From contig JBGYWU010000032.1 of NCBI GenBank assembly GCA_041842265.1, positions 1-38,178 on the forward strand: a stretch of 38,178 nt of DNA. The letters are read 5' to 3'. The position numbers were made by a program, and so were the translations under genes. Position 1 is the stretch's first letter; each line of letters starts with the position of its first letter. Origin of the DNA: Candidatus Limimorpha sp. (GTDB taxonomy: Bacteria; Bacteroidota; Bacteroidia; Bacteroidales; F082). Shown piece by piece: positions 8,054 through 16,424 of this stretch. The notes under the pieces are model-generated. The model saw only the letters and a program-made list of their open reading frames with translations, ran no database searches and was not told the DNA's origin.

Positions 8054-10825
8054 ATGAAATCAAACCATACTCAAACTGAGTTTGAGGGCAACCTGTTTAG
8101 TGGACTTGATGAATCCGAGGCCGCACAACCCGAAGTCAACCCGTATGACAAGATCATTGAGTCGCGAAAAAACACCAGCTTTGCCGACGAACTGATAGAG
8201 CGTCAGGATGAGGTTCAAGTAGTAGAAACCGGACAGGCAAAGGAAGAGGCCAATGCAGGGGAAAATCCAAGAATCGAGTACCGTGTCTACCCGATAGAAG
8301 AGGTGAAAGCCGCCGCCAAGGATTATTTTCATGGCGATGCTTTGGCAGGTGACGTTTGGACCAACAAATACGCCCTCAAGGACAGTGACGGCAACATCTA
8401 CGAGCTCGTGCCCGATGACATGCACCGCCGCATCGCCCGAGAGATTGCCCGCATTGAGCGCCGCTATCCCAACCCAATGAAGGAGGAAGAGATCTTTGAG
8501 GTGTTGAAGGACTTCCGCTATATCGTGCCCCAAGGCAGTCCCATGACTGGTATCGGCAACAATTTCCAAATCTCATCGCTATCGAACTGCTTCGTCATCG
8601 GCAACAATTGCGAATCCGACTCCTACGGAGGTATCATGAAGACCGACCAGGAGCAGGTACAGCTGATGAAACGGCGTGGCGGTGTGGGGCACGACTTGTC
8701 TCACCTCCGCCCCACCGGCAGTCCCGTCAAAAACTGCGCCCTCACCTCCACCGGAGTGGTGCCTTTTATGGAACGCTTCTCCAACTCAACCAAAGAGGTG
8801 GCCCAAGACGGACGTCGCGGAGCACTGATGATGACCATCAGCATCAAACACCCCGACTCAGAGGCTTTCATCGACGCCAAGATGACACAAGGCCGCATCA
8901 CCAACGCCAACGTCTCGGTGCGTCTCACCGACGAGTTCATGCAGTGTGTGAAAGAAAACAAACCCTTCATTCAGCAGTATCCCATCGACTCACCTAATCC
9001 GAGATACACCAAGGAAGTGGATGCCCGCGCCCTTTGGAACAAAATCATCCACAATGCGTGGAAATCGGCAGAGCCCGGGGTCATGTTCTGGGACACCATC
9101 ATCCGCGAGTCCATCCCCGATTGCTATGCCGACCTCGGCTTCAAGACCTTGAGCACTAACCCCTGCGGTGAGATTCCACTCTGTGCCTACGACAGCTGCC
9201 GCCTCATCGCCATCAACCTATACAGTTACGTCGACCGCCCATTCACGCCCGAAGCCCGCTTCAACCACCAATTGTTCGCGAAGCACATGGCCATCGCCCA
9301 GCGCATGATGGACGACATCATCGACTTGGAGATTGAAAAGGTGGACGCCATCCTGGAAAAAATCGCCTCAGACCCCGAGGACGAAGAAGTCAAGCGTACC
9401 GAAATCCTCCTGTGGAAAAGCATACGGGAAAAGTGCCTTCTGGAGCGCCGCACAGGCATTGGCATTACTGCCGAGGGCGACATGCTGGCCGCTTTGGGCA
9501 AACGCTATGCCTCCGACGAGGCCATCGCCTTCTCGACTGAGATTCAGAAATTGCTGGCCTACAATGTCTACCGCTCGTCAGTCAACTTGGCCGAGGAACG
9601 CGGCAAATTCCCGATGTACGACGCCAAACGTGAGGAGAACAACCCTTTCATCAAGCGCATGCGGGCCTTGGACGAAGAACTCTACCAGAAGATGTGCCGC
9701 GTGGGTCGCCGCAACATCGCCATGCTGACCATTGCGCCTACGGGCACCGTCAGTATCTGCACCCAGACCACCTCAGGCATTGAGCCGGTATTCATGGTGG
9801 CATACAAACGCCGCCGCAAGGTGAACCCCAACGACAAAGATGTCCATGTAACCTTCACCGACGTAACTGGCAATTCGTTTGAGGAATACAACGTGTTCCA
9901 CCACAAGTTCATCACCTGGCTGGAAGTCAACGGCTACGACGTAAATGAGGTGCTGCATTACGATGACGAAAAGCTTAATGCCATCATCGCAAAATCTCCT
10001 TACTACAAAGCCACGGCCAACGACATCGATTGGGTCAACAAGGTGAAGATGCAAGGCTCGATGCAGCAATGGGTCGACCACAGCATCAGCGTTACGGTGA
10101 ACGTTCCTAAGGATACAACGGAAGAACTCGTCAGCCAGATATACATGACCGCTTGGGAAAGCGGCTGCAAGGGCATGACCATCTACCGCGACGGCTCGCG
10201 CGACGGCGTATTGGTCTCAAAGGACGACAAGAAAGAGGAGAAGAAAGAGAATCACAACGACGCCCGTCCTGACGACATCCGCGAGACGGCGGCTCCACCG
10301 CGCCCGAAGGAACTTGAATGCGATGTGGTGCGTTTCCAGAACAACTACGAGAAATGGATTGCCTTTGTGGGCATTCTTCACGGCAAGCCTTACGAGATAT
10401 TCCTCGGCAAAGCCGAAGGCTTCCTACTGCCGCCGTATGTAGTGAAGGGTGTGATCATCAGGGAGAAAATCAAGGGCGAGACCTCGCGCTACGACTTCCG
10501 CTACACCGACAAGGACGGTTACGAGGTGATTATGCAAGGCCTTTCGCGCTCATTCAATAAGGAATACTGGAACTACGCAAAGCTGATTTCGGGCATCCTT
10601 CGTCATGGAATGCCTATCAAGTATGTCATTGACCTTGTGCAAAACCTCAACGTTGAGGAAGACAACATCAATACCTGGAAGAACGGTATCGCTCGCGCCT
10701 TGAAGAAATATGTCCCCGATGGCGTTATCGACGAAAAAGAAAAATGCCCCAACTGCGGCGAGAAACTCATCTTCGAGGACGGATGTAAGCACTGCAATAG
10801 CTGCGGCTATTCGAAGTGCGGATAA
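8054..10825 (+). CDS. nrdJ: class II (adenosylcobalamin-dependent) ribonucleotide reductase
   Basis: Start moved to ATG 8054 (MKSNHTQ). Contains the TNPCGEIPL active-site Cys loop, TIAPTGTVS, and a C-terminal CPNCG...CKHCNSCG zinc ribbon. 923 aa, with an acidic N-terminal extension of about 90 aa. Confidence 0.9.
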   Translation: MKSNHTQTEFEGNLFSGLDESEAAQPEVNPYDKIIESRKNTSFADELIERQDEVQVVETGQAKEEANAGENPRIEYRVYPIEEVKAAAKDYFHGDALAGDVWTNKYALKDSDGNIYELVPDDMHRRIAREIARIERRYPNPMKEEEIFEVLKDFRYIVPQGSPMTGIGNNFQISSLSNCFVIGNNCESDSYGGIMKTDQEQVQLMKRRGGVGHDLSHLRPTGSPVKNCALTSTGVVPFMERFSNSTKEVAQDGRRGALMMTISIKHPDSEAFIDAKMTQGRITNANVSVRLTDEFMQCVKENKPFIQQYPIDSPNPRYTKEVDARALWNKIIHNAWKSAEPGVMFWDTIIRESIPDCYADLGFKTLSTNPCGEIPLCAYDSCRLIAINLYSYVDRPFTPEARFNHQLFAKHMAIAQRMMDDIIDLEIEKVDAILEKIASDPEDEEVKRTEILLWKSIREKCLLERRTGIGITAEGDMLAALGKRYASDEAIAFSTEIQKLLAYNVYRSSVNLAEERGKFPMYDAKREENNPFIKRMRALDEELYQKMCRVGRRNIAMLTIAPTGTVSICTQTTSGIEPVFMVAYKRRRKVNPNDKDVHVTFTDVTGNSFEEYNVFHHKFITWLEVNGYDVNEVLHYDDEKLNAIIAKSPYYKATANDIDWVNKVKMQGSMQQWVDHSISVTVNVPKDTTEELVSQIYMTAWESGCKGMTIYRDGSRDGVLVSKDDKKEEKKENHNDARPDDIRETAAPPRPKELECDVVRFQNNYEKWIAFVGILHGKPYEIFLGKAEGFLLPPYVVKGVIIREKIKGETSRYDFRYTDKDGYEVIMQGLSRSFNKEYWNYAKLISGILRHGMPIKYVIDLVQNLNVEEDNINTWKNGIARALKKYVPDGVIDEKEKCPNCGEKLIFEDGCKHCNSCGYSKCG

Positions 10826-10869
10826 GATTCTGAGACAGGAAACAGTTGTTTTTTTATCTTCATAATGGC

Positions 10870-10907
10870 AGGTTGCCGATACTTTGGTGTCGGCAACCTA
10901 TTTTTTG
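10870..10907 (+). terminator. rho-independent terminator after nrdJ (between convergent nrdJ and tatD)
   Basis: AGGTTGCCGA-10 nt loop-TCGGCAACCT forms a perfect 10-bp stem, followed by ATTTTTTGG. Confidence 0.8.
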
Positions 10908-10914
10908 GAGATGC

Positions 10915-11700
10915 TCAAAATTGGAACAAGACCCGAGCGTTAGCCGTAGTCGTGGCAGCAAAGTCTTCCAAAGAGATTTGCAGTATTTCTGCCAGCTTCC
11001 GTGCCGTATGCACAAGGTAGGCGGGTTCGTTGCGCTTGCCCCGGCAAGGCATGGGTGAAAGATAAGGCGCGTCCGTTTCCAAAACAATTCTGTCGATTGG
11101 CAAATTGGGCAGATAATCCTTCACGCCACAGTTTTTGTAGGTCGTCACGCCACCCAAACCGAGGTGAAAGCCCAGTTCCACATAGGCTTTGGCCTCGTCC
11201 TCCGTCCCAGTGAAGCAGTGCATGATGCCACGCAAACCTCCATCCTGCTTCTTTTCAAGAACATTCACCATCTTTTCGAATGCGTTGCGACAATGAATGG
11301 AAAGCGGAAGGCCAAGTTGCTTGGCCCAGTCCAACTGGACCTCAAAAGCATCGAGTTGCTGCTTTTCATAGGTTGTGTCCCAATAGAAATCCAGGCCAAT
11401 CTCCCCCACTCCGACATAAATGCCGCGCTCCAGCTCCTTTTCCATCGTAGCCAACACCACATCGTAATCATCCTTGACTTCCTCGGGTTGCAAGCCCATC
11501 ATCACGCGGGTGCAATCGGGGTATTGCCCATGCAGATCAAGCATCGGCGCAATGGTAGAAGTGTCCACGTTGGGCAACAGCATCAGGCCGACACCGGCTT
11601 CCAAAGCACGCCTGACGGCTTCGTTGCGGTCAAGATCAAATTGAGGGTCGTAGATATGCGTATGGGTGTCAACAAGAAACATATTATTCTTGATTTTCAA
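10915..11700 (-). CDS. tatD: TatD-family metal-dependent hydrolase/DNase
   Basis: Contains FLVDTHTHIYD, IMHCFTG and LETDAPYLSP motifs. The start could be ATG 11700 or ATG 11682. Confidence 0.85.
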   Translation of the reverse strand: MKIKNNMFLVDTHTHIYDPQFDLDRNEAVRRALEAGVGLMLLPNVDTSTIAPMLDLHGQYPDCTRVMMGLQPEEVKDDYDVVLATMEKELERGIYVGVGEIGLDFYWDTTYEKQQLDAFEVQLDWAKQLGLPLSIHCRNAFEKMVNVLEKKQDGGLRGIMHCFTGTEDEAKAYVELGFHLGLGGVTTYKNCGVKDYLPNLPIDRIVLETDAPYLSPMPCRGKRNEPAYLVHTARKLAEILQISLEDFAATTTANARVLFQF

Positions 11701-11776
11701 ATGGTCAGCCCTCCCATAACCTCCATCTTGATGTTGCTGTTTGGCCGAAAGAGGATGATCTCACCTTTTTCCATGG

Positions 11777-12970
11777 TCAATACAAGAAATTGTCGTAAGG
11801 ATACCTGATCGCATGCATATCACGGATTTCCTTGTATAGCATATCTCTGAACTCCTGATAGTTGTCGCGGTTCTTAGCAGAAATGAAGATGCATTTTTCG
11901 TTCATTTTGGCCATCCAAGTCTTTTTCAGTTCCTCGTAGGAGACATTGCGCTTGGTAGGAGGTGTTAGGTCATCGGGGTCTTTCTCCTCCCATGTGTAGG
12001 CGTCGATTTTGTTGAAGACGATGATGGTCTTCTTGTCGGCGCAACCCAAATCGGCCAAAGTCTGGTTCACCACCTCAATCTGCGCCTCGAAGTCGGGATG
12101 CGAAATGTCGACCACATGGAGCAGGATGTCCGATTCGCGCACCTCGTCCAACGTGGATTTGAACGACTCCACAAGATGGTGCGGCAACTTGCGAATAAAC
12201 CCCACAGTGTCAGACAACAGGAAAGCCAGGTTTTCCACCACCACCTTGCGCACAGTCGTGTCAAGCGTAGCGAAGAGCTTGTTTTCGGTATAAACCTCCG
12301 ACTTGCTCAACATGTTCATAATGGTGGACTTGCCCACATTGGTGTAGCCGACCAAGGCCACGCGGACGAGTTTCCCACGGTTTTTACGCTGCACGGTCTT
12401 CTGCGTGTCAATTTCCTTCAATTTCTCCTTCAGCAACGCGATGCGGTCGAGGATGAGTCGGCGGTCGGTTTCGATTTGGGTCTCACCCGGGCCGCGCATA
12501 CCGATACCGCCCCGTTGTCTTTCCAAGTGGGTCCACATGCGGGTCAAACGCGGCAAAAGATATTGATATTGTGCCAGTTCCACTTGAGCCTTTGCATGTG
12601 CGGTATGCGCATTTGAGGCGAATATGTCGAGGATTAGGCTGGTGCGGTCGAGGACACGGCATTCCATGACCTGCTCCATATTACGTGCCTGTGTCGCGCT
12701 CAGTTCATCATCGATGACAGCGATCTCGATGTTCTCTGCCTTAATGTACTGGTGGATTTCCTCCAGTTTGCCAGAGCCGAGGTAAGTGACACTGCTCGGG
12801 CGGTCCATGGCTTGCACGAAACGCGCCACAGGCACGCCACCAGCTGTCTCCAGAAGGAACGCCAGCTCGTCCAAAAATTCGTCAGTACGCCTGCGGCCCT
12901 GCTGTTTTGAGGCAACTGCTATCAACACAGCCCTTTCGGGAATCTTTTCGTAAGTAATGAAATCGCCCAT
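11777..12970 (-). CDS. hflX: GTPase HflX
   Basis: HflX N-terminal domain followed by G1 GYTNVGKST, G3 DTVGF and G4 NKID. Confidence 0.9.
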   Translation of the reverse strand: MGDFITYEKIPERAVLIAVASKQQGRRRTDEFLDELAFLLETAGGVPVARFVQAMDRPSSVTYLGSGKLEEIHQYIKAENIEIAVIDDELSATQARNMEQVMECRVLDRTSLILDIFASNAHTAHAKAQVELAQYQYLLPRLTRMWTHLERQRGGIGMRGPGETQIETDRRLILDRIALLKEKLKEIDTQKTVQRKNRGKLVRVALVGYTNVGKSTIMNMLSKSEVYTENKLFATLDTTVRKVVVENLAFLLSDTVGFIRKLPHHLVESFKSTLDEVRESDILLHVVDISHPDFEAQIEVVNQTLADLGCADKKTIIVFNKIDAYTWEEKDPDDLTPPTKRNVSYEELKKTWMAKMNEKCIFISAKNRDNYQEFRDMLYKEIRDMHAIRYPYDNFLY

Positions 12971-13055
12971 GGTTGGTTGGTTTGGAATATGGAGTGTGGG
13001 GTAGGGAAAGCTTTTACCTTTGAATCAAGTTTGTTTTCGGTTCATCACCTCCCGC

Positions 13056-14057
13056 TCAATACGAATAGGCTTTAAATCCGATAACCCTTCTCACTTCATT
13101 CAAAGTCCTCGCGGCGCTCTCTCGGGCCTTCTCGGCACCCATACGAGCTATGCGGTCGAGGCGTGCTTCATCGGATGAGTATTCCAAGATTCGTTCACGG
13201 ATGGGAGCGATGGCTTTCACCATGTCGTCGGCCAATTGCTTCTTCATATCGCCGTAACGGATGGAGCAGTCGTTCCATTTCTCGTCGAAGTATTTCACCT
13301 TTTCGGGTTCGCTGACGATACTCATCATCGTGAACAGGTTTTGGATGACCTCGGGTTTGGGGCTGTTGGGTTCGGTCGGGCCTGTATCGGTGACGGCCCT
13401 CATCACCTTCTTGCGCATGGTCTTCTCGTCTTCAAAGAGGAAGATGCAGTTGCCGTCGCTCTTGCCCATTTTGCCGCTGCCATCGAGACCCGGCACCTTG
13501 ATGGCATCGCCGCCGAAATAGTAGTTTTGGGGCTCCGGGAAAAACTCAACTCCATAGATGTTGTTGAAACGGCGGGCACATTTTCGTGCCATCTCCATGT
13601 TCTGTTCCTGATCTTTCCCAACAGGCACCCATTTGGCACGATGTTGCAGGATGTCGGCGGCCATCAGTGTGGGATAGGTGAACAGTCCGGCATTCACGTT
13701 GTCGGGCTGTTGGCGCGCTTTCTCCTTGAAGGTGGTAACACGGCCCAGTTCGCCGATGTAGGCATTCATGTTGAGATAAAGATACAACTCGATGGTTTCT
13801 GGCACATCGCTTTGGACATAGATCGTTGCTTTCTCGGGATCAATGCCGCAGGCAAGGTATTCGGCCAAGATGGTACGAGCCGATTTCTGTATGTTCTCTG
13901 GCTTTGGATGGGTTGTCAGCGAGTGCCAGTCGGCGATAAAGAAAAAGCAGTCGTAATCTTCCTGCATCTTGACGAAACTGCGGACAGCGCCGTAGTAGTT
14001 GCCAAGGTGCAGGTTTCCTGTGGGGCGGATACCGCTTAGAACAATGTCTTTTGCCAT
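13056..14057 (-). CDS. trpS: tryptophan--tRNA ligase
   Basis: Class I aaRS motifs TGNLHLGNY (HIGH-type) and KMGKS (KMSKS-type). At 333 aa it has the typical TrpRS layout. Confidence 0.93.
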   Translation of the reverse strand: MAKDIVLSGIRPTGNLHLGNYYGAVRSFVKMQEDYDCFFFIADWHSLTTHPKPENIQKSARTILAEYLACGIDPEKATIYVQSDVPETIELYLYLNMNAYIGELGRVTTFKEKARQQPDNVNAGLFTYPTLMAADILQHRAKWVPVGKDQEQNMEMARKCARRFNNIYGVEFFPEPQNYYFGGDAIKVPGLDGSGKMGKSDGNCIFLFEDEKTMRKKVMRAVTDTGPTEPNSPKPEVIQNLFTMMSIVSEPEKVKYFDEKWNDCSIRYGDMKKQLADDMVKAIAPIRERILEYSSDEARLDRIARMGAEKARESAARTLNEVRRVIGFKAYSY

Positions 14058-14076
14058 ACTTGATTCAATTTGGTTG

Positions 14077-14084
14077 CAAAAGTA
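14077..14084 (-). promoter_or_regulatory. -7 promoter box (TACTTTTG) upstream of trpS
   Basis: TAnnTTTG match on the minus strand, 20 nt upstream of ATG 14057. Confidence 0.45.
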
Positions 14085-14137
14085 AGAAAAAAAGTTTCAC
14101 TACGCCTTGCAGAAAACAGATTCCCGTCAGAATGGCA

Positions 14138-14172
14138 CAAAAAAGCCCGCCCCGTTTTTTGGGCAGGCTTTT
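14138..14172 (-). terminator. rho-independent terminator of the RNase G gene
   Basis: On the minus strand, a GC-rich stem (GCCTGCCC / GGGCGGGC, one mismatch) with an 8-nt loop (AAAAAACG) is followed by seven T. Confidence 0.7.
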
Positions 14173-14199
14173 CGAGGTTAGTTTTGGCAGCACTTCTCC

Positions 14200-15792
14200 T
14201 TACAATTTGATGTCGTCGCCTTTGGCGTTGAGGAAATTGTACTGCAGCATGTGGAATTCGGGCATCGACTGCACTTTGAATTTATGTCCGTATTTCTTTA
14301 TCCATTTGCGGCGAATTGAAAACAGGCCATCTATGCACAGGTAGGAATAGATGAAAGGGTGTACCTGTAATGTCAGAAGATTTTCGTTCTGGTCGACCAT
14401 GAGGTACTTGAGATGGTTTTCAATTTCGTCGATAAAGAGGACGGCTGGGCGGATTTTGCCTTCGCCAGCGCACACAGGGCATTTCTCCTGTACCTGCACC
14501 TCTGTTTCCGGACGCACGCGCTGTCGTGTGATTTGCATGAGGCCAAACTTTGAGGGGGGAAGGATGGTATGCTTGGCACGGTCGTGCGACATGGCCTCAG
14601 CTAAGGCGTAATACAATTCCTTCCGATGCTTGGCTTCATGCATGTCGATGAAGTCAACGATGATGATGCCTCCCATGTCGCGCAAACGCAGTTGGCGTGC
14701 GATTTCCTTGGCGGCTTCAATATTGACCTGAAAAGCGTTGTCTTCCTGCGAATTTTCCCTGTTCACCCGATGGCCGCTGTTGACATCGATGACGTGCATG
14801 GCCTCGGTGTGTTCAATGATGAGATAGACACCGTTTTTGATAGTAACTACGCGACCGAAAAAGCCTTTGATCTGTTTGGTAACATTAAAAAAGTCAAAGA
14901 TGGGTTCTTTTCCTTTGTAAAGTTGCACAATATCAATCTTTTGTGGTGCGAAGCTACGAATGTTTTTCTGGATTTCTTCATAGAGTTTCTCATCGTTCAC
15001 ATGGATGTTGTTGAACGACTCGTTGAGCAAATCGCGCAGCATGACGCTGGTTTGGTTCATTTCGCTGACCATTCTGCCGAAGGTCGTCATTTTCCTCATC
15101 TCGATAATGCACTGTTCCCATTTGGAAATCAGAGGCCTGAGGTCGGCATCGAGGTCAGCTACTTTTTTGCCTTCGGCGACGGTGCGGATGATGACACCAT
15201 AGTTAGTCGGCTTAATGCTTTGGATGAGACGGCGGAGACGGTTGCGTTCTTCGCTGCTGCGGATTTTTTGCGATACCGAGATGCGGTTGGAGAAGGGAAC
15301 GAGGACAAGATAGCGTCCCGCAAAGGAGAGTTCGGCGGTAATTCTCGGTCCTTTGGTGTGGATAGGTTCCTTGGCAATCTGAACGGGGAGCAAGTCGCCC
15401 ACGCTGAGCAAATCGCCAATCTTGCCGTTCTTGGGAAGGTCGGGGTCAAGTTTGAACTTGTCCATGGGAACATCTTCATTGCCGAGGACCTTCTTCTTGT
15501 ACTTGATCAGCGAGTTGGCCTGCAGGCCGAGGTCGAGATAATGCAAGAAGGCCTCCTTGGGATAGCCCACGTCAACGAAAGCCGCGTTGAGGCCTGGCAA
15601 AATCTTCTTCACCCTGCCCAAGTAAACGTCACCAACCGCGAATTGGTTGTTGGTTTTTTCTCTGTGAAGTTCGACAAGCGCGTTGTCTTCCAAAAGAGCG
15701 ATGTCAACCTCCGAAGCGTGCGAATTGATGACCAAGTCGCGCGTCACTGTCTTAACTTCCACTGCAAACTTTTGCTGTTGTTCTTCAGACAT
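14200..15792 (-). CDS. rng: ribonuclease G/E family endoribonuclease
   Basis: N-terminal S1 domain, catalytic-core segment HVIDVNSGHRVN, and zinc-link CPVCAGEG. 530 aa. Confidence 0.9.
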   Translation of the reverse strand: MSEEQQQKFAVEVKTVTRDLVINSHASEVDIALLEDNALVELHREKTNNQFAVGDVYLGRVKKILPGLNAAFVDVGYPKEAFLHYLDLGLQANSLIKYKKKVLGNEDVPMDKFKLDPDLPKNGKIGDLLSVGDLLPVQIAKEPIHTKGPRITAELSFAGRYLVLVPFSNRISVSQKIRSSEERNRLRRLIQSIKPTNYGVIIRTVAEGKKVADLDADLRPLISKWEQCIIEMRKMTTFGRMVSEMNQTSVMLRDLLNESFNNIHVNDEKLYEEIQKNIRSFAPQKIDIVQLYKGKEPIFDFFNVTKQIKGFFGRVVTIKNGVYLIIEHTEAMHVIDVNSGHRVNRENSQEDNAFQVNIEAAKEIARQLRLRDMGGIIIVDFIDMHEAKHRKELYYALAEAMSHDRAKHTILPPSKFGLMQITRQRVRPETEVQVQEKCPVCAGEGKIRPAVLFIDEIENHLKYLMVDQNENLLTLQVHPFIYSYLCIDGLFSIRRKWIKKYGHKFKVQSMPEFHMLQYNFLNAKGDDIKL

Positions 15793-15830
15793 AGTGTTAT
15801 TACTTTGGGGTTAACGATTTGATTGATAAA

Positions 15831-15872
15831 ACAATAACACAACAAAGGTAGATGCCGTTGCTGTGTTATTGT
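15831..15872 (-). terminator. 11-bp perfect hairpin between the bS22-like ORF and rng, possibly the terminator of the hup-bS22 unit
   Basis: ACAATAACACA (15831-15841) pairs with TGTGTTATTGT (15862-15872) around a 20-nt loop. On the minus strand the stem is followed by TTTATC. Confidence 0.5.
15843..15850 (-). promoter_or_regulatory. -7 promoter box (TACCTTTG) upstream of rng, inside the hairpin loop
   Basis: TAnnTTTG match on the minus strand, 51 nt upstream of ATG 15792. Confidence 0.45.
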
Positions 15873-15894
15873 CGAGTTTATGCTCAAGAAGAGC

Positions 15895-15984
15895 TTATTT
15901 CTTCTTGTGCCTGTCCTTTCTCAAGCGCTTTTTGCGCTTGTGTGTCGACATCTTGTGTCTTTTGTGTTTTTTACCGTTTGGCAT
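15895..15984 (-). CDS. 29-aa highly basic peptide, probable small ribosomal protein (bS22-like)
   Basis: ATG...TAA ORF below the track's length cutoff, encoding MPNGKKHKRHKMSTHKRKKRLRKDRHKKK. It lies 27 nt downstream of hup on the same strand. Composition and length match the bS22-type peptides I recall from Bacteroidota and mycobacterial ribosomes. Confidence 0.6.
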   Translation of the reverse strand: MPNGKKHKRHKMSTHKRKKRLRKDRHKKK

Positions 15985-16011
15985 AGTATAAAATATTAAC
16001 GTGTTGTTTTC

Positions 16012-16284
16012 TTATTTGACAGCGTTCATGAAAGTTTTGGCAGGCTTGAAAGCCGGAATCTTATGGGCAGGAATGGTAATGGCGATGTTCTTGCCAATGT
16101 TACGTCCGGTCTTTTCAGCTCTTGTCTTGATGATGAAGCTGCCGAAGCCTCTCAGATAAACGTTTTCTCCACTTGCCATGGCGTTCTTCACCACTTCCAT
16201 GAAATTCTCAACAACATTCTGGACAGCACCTTTTTCAATGCCTGTCTTGCTTGCGATTTCAGCAACGATTTCTGCTTTAGTCAT
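16012..16284 (-). CDS. hup: HU-family DNA-binding protein
   Basis: 90 aa, MTKAEIVAEIASKTG...LRGFGSF...RNIGKNIAITIPAHKIPAFKPAK, the canonical HU/IHF fold signature. Confidence 0.95.
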   Translation of the reverse strand: MTKAEIVAEIASKTGIEKGAVQNVVENFMEVVKNAMASGENVYLRGFGSFIIKTRAEKTGRNIGKNIAITIPAHKIPAFKPAKTFMNAVK

Positions 16285-16322
16285 TTTTTTACTTATTTGA
16301 TGGTTAATTGTTATGTTTGTTG

Positions 16323-16330
16323 TAAATTTG
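16323..16330 (+). promoter_or_regulatory. -7 promoter box (TAAATTTG) facing mutY
   Basis: TAnnTTTG match on the plus strand, 95 nt upstream of ATG 16425. It is 3 nt from the divergent hup box. Confidence 0.35.
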
Positions 16331-16333
16331 CGG

Positions 16334-16341
16334 CAAAGGTA
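16334..16341 (-). promoter_or_regulatory. -7 promoter box (TACCTTTG) upstream of hup
   Basis: TAnnTTTG match on the minus strand, 50 nt upstream of ATG 16284. Confidence 0.45.
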
Positions 16342-16424
16342 CGAACATTTTCAATACGAAGACCCGTTTAATGCTTTTTTTTTCTTCTAATGAGTTATAA
16401 ATAAAGAAATTCGCAAAAAATAGG

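Noticed and set aside
13015-13022. Plus-strand TACCTTTG box between hflX and trpS, which would drive antisense transcription into trpS.
   Set aside because: The degenerate motif is expected many times by chance in 38 kb. There is no plus-strand gene downstream and no supporting -33 element.
14626-15822. 398-aa ORF on the plus strand, one of several long antisense ORFs. Others include 13236-14039, 2944-3618, 28131-29018, 29811-30773, 35326-36012, 11164-11808 and 12098-12616.
   Set aside because: Each lies fully antisense to a gene with unmistakable family motifs (RNase G, TrpRS, TonB receptor, GH16-GH20, C1B peptidase, TatD, HflX). Their translations are low-complexity and rich in Arg, His, Val and Gly, as expected for shadow frames. 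None shows a recognisable motif.
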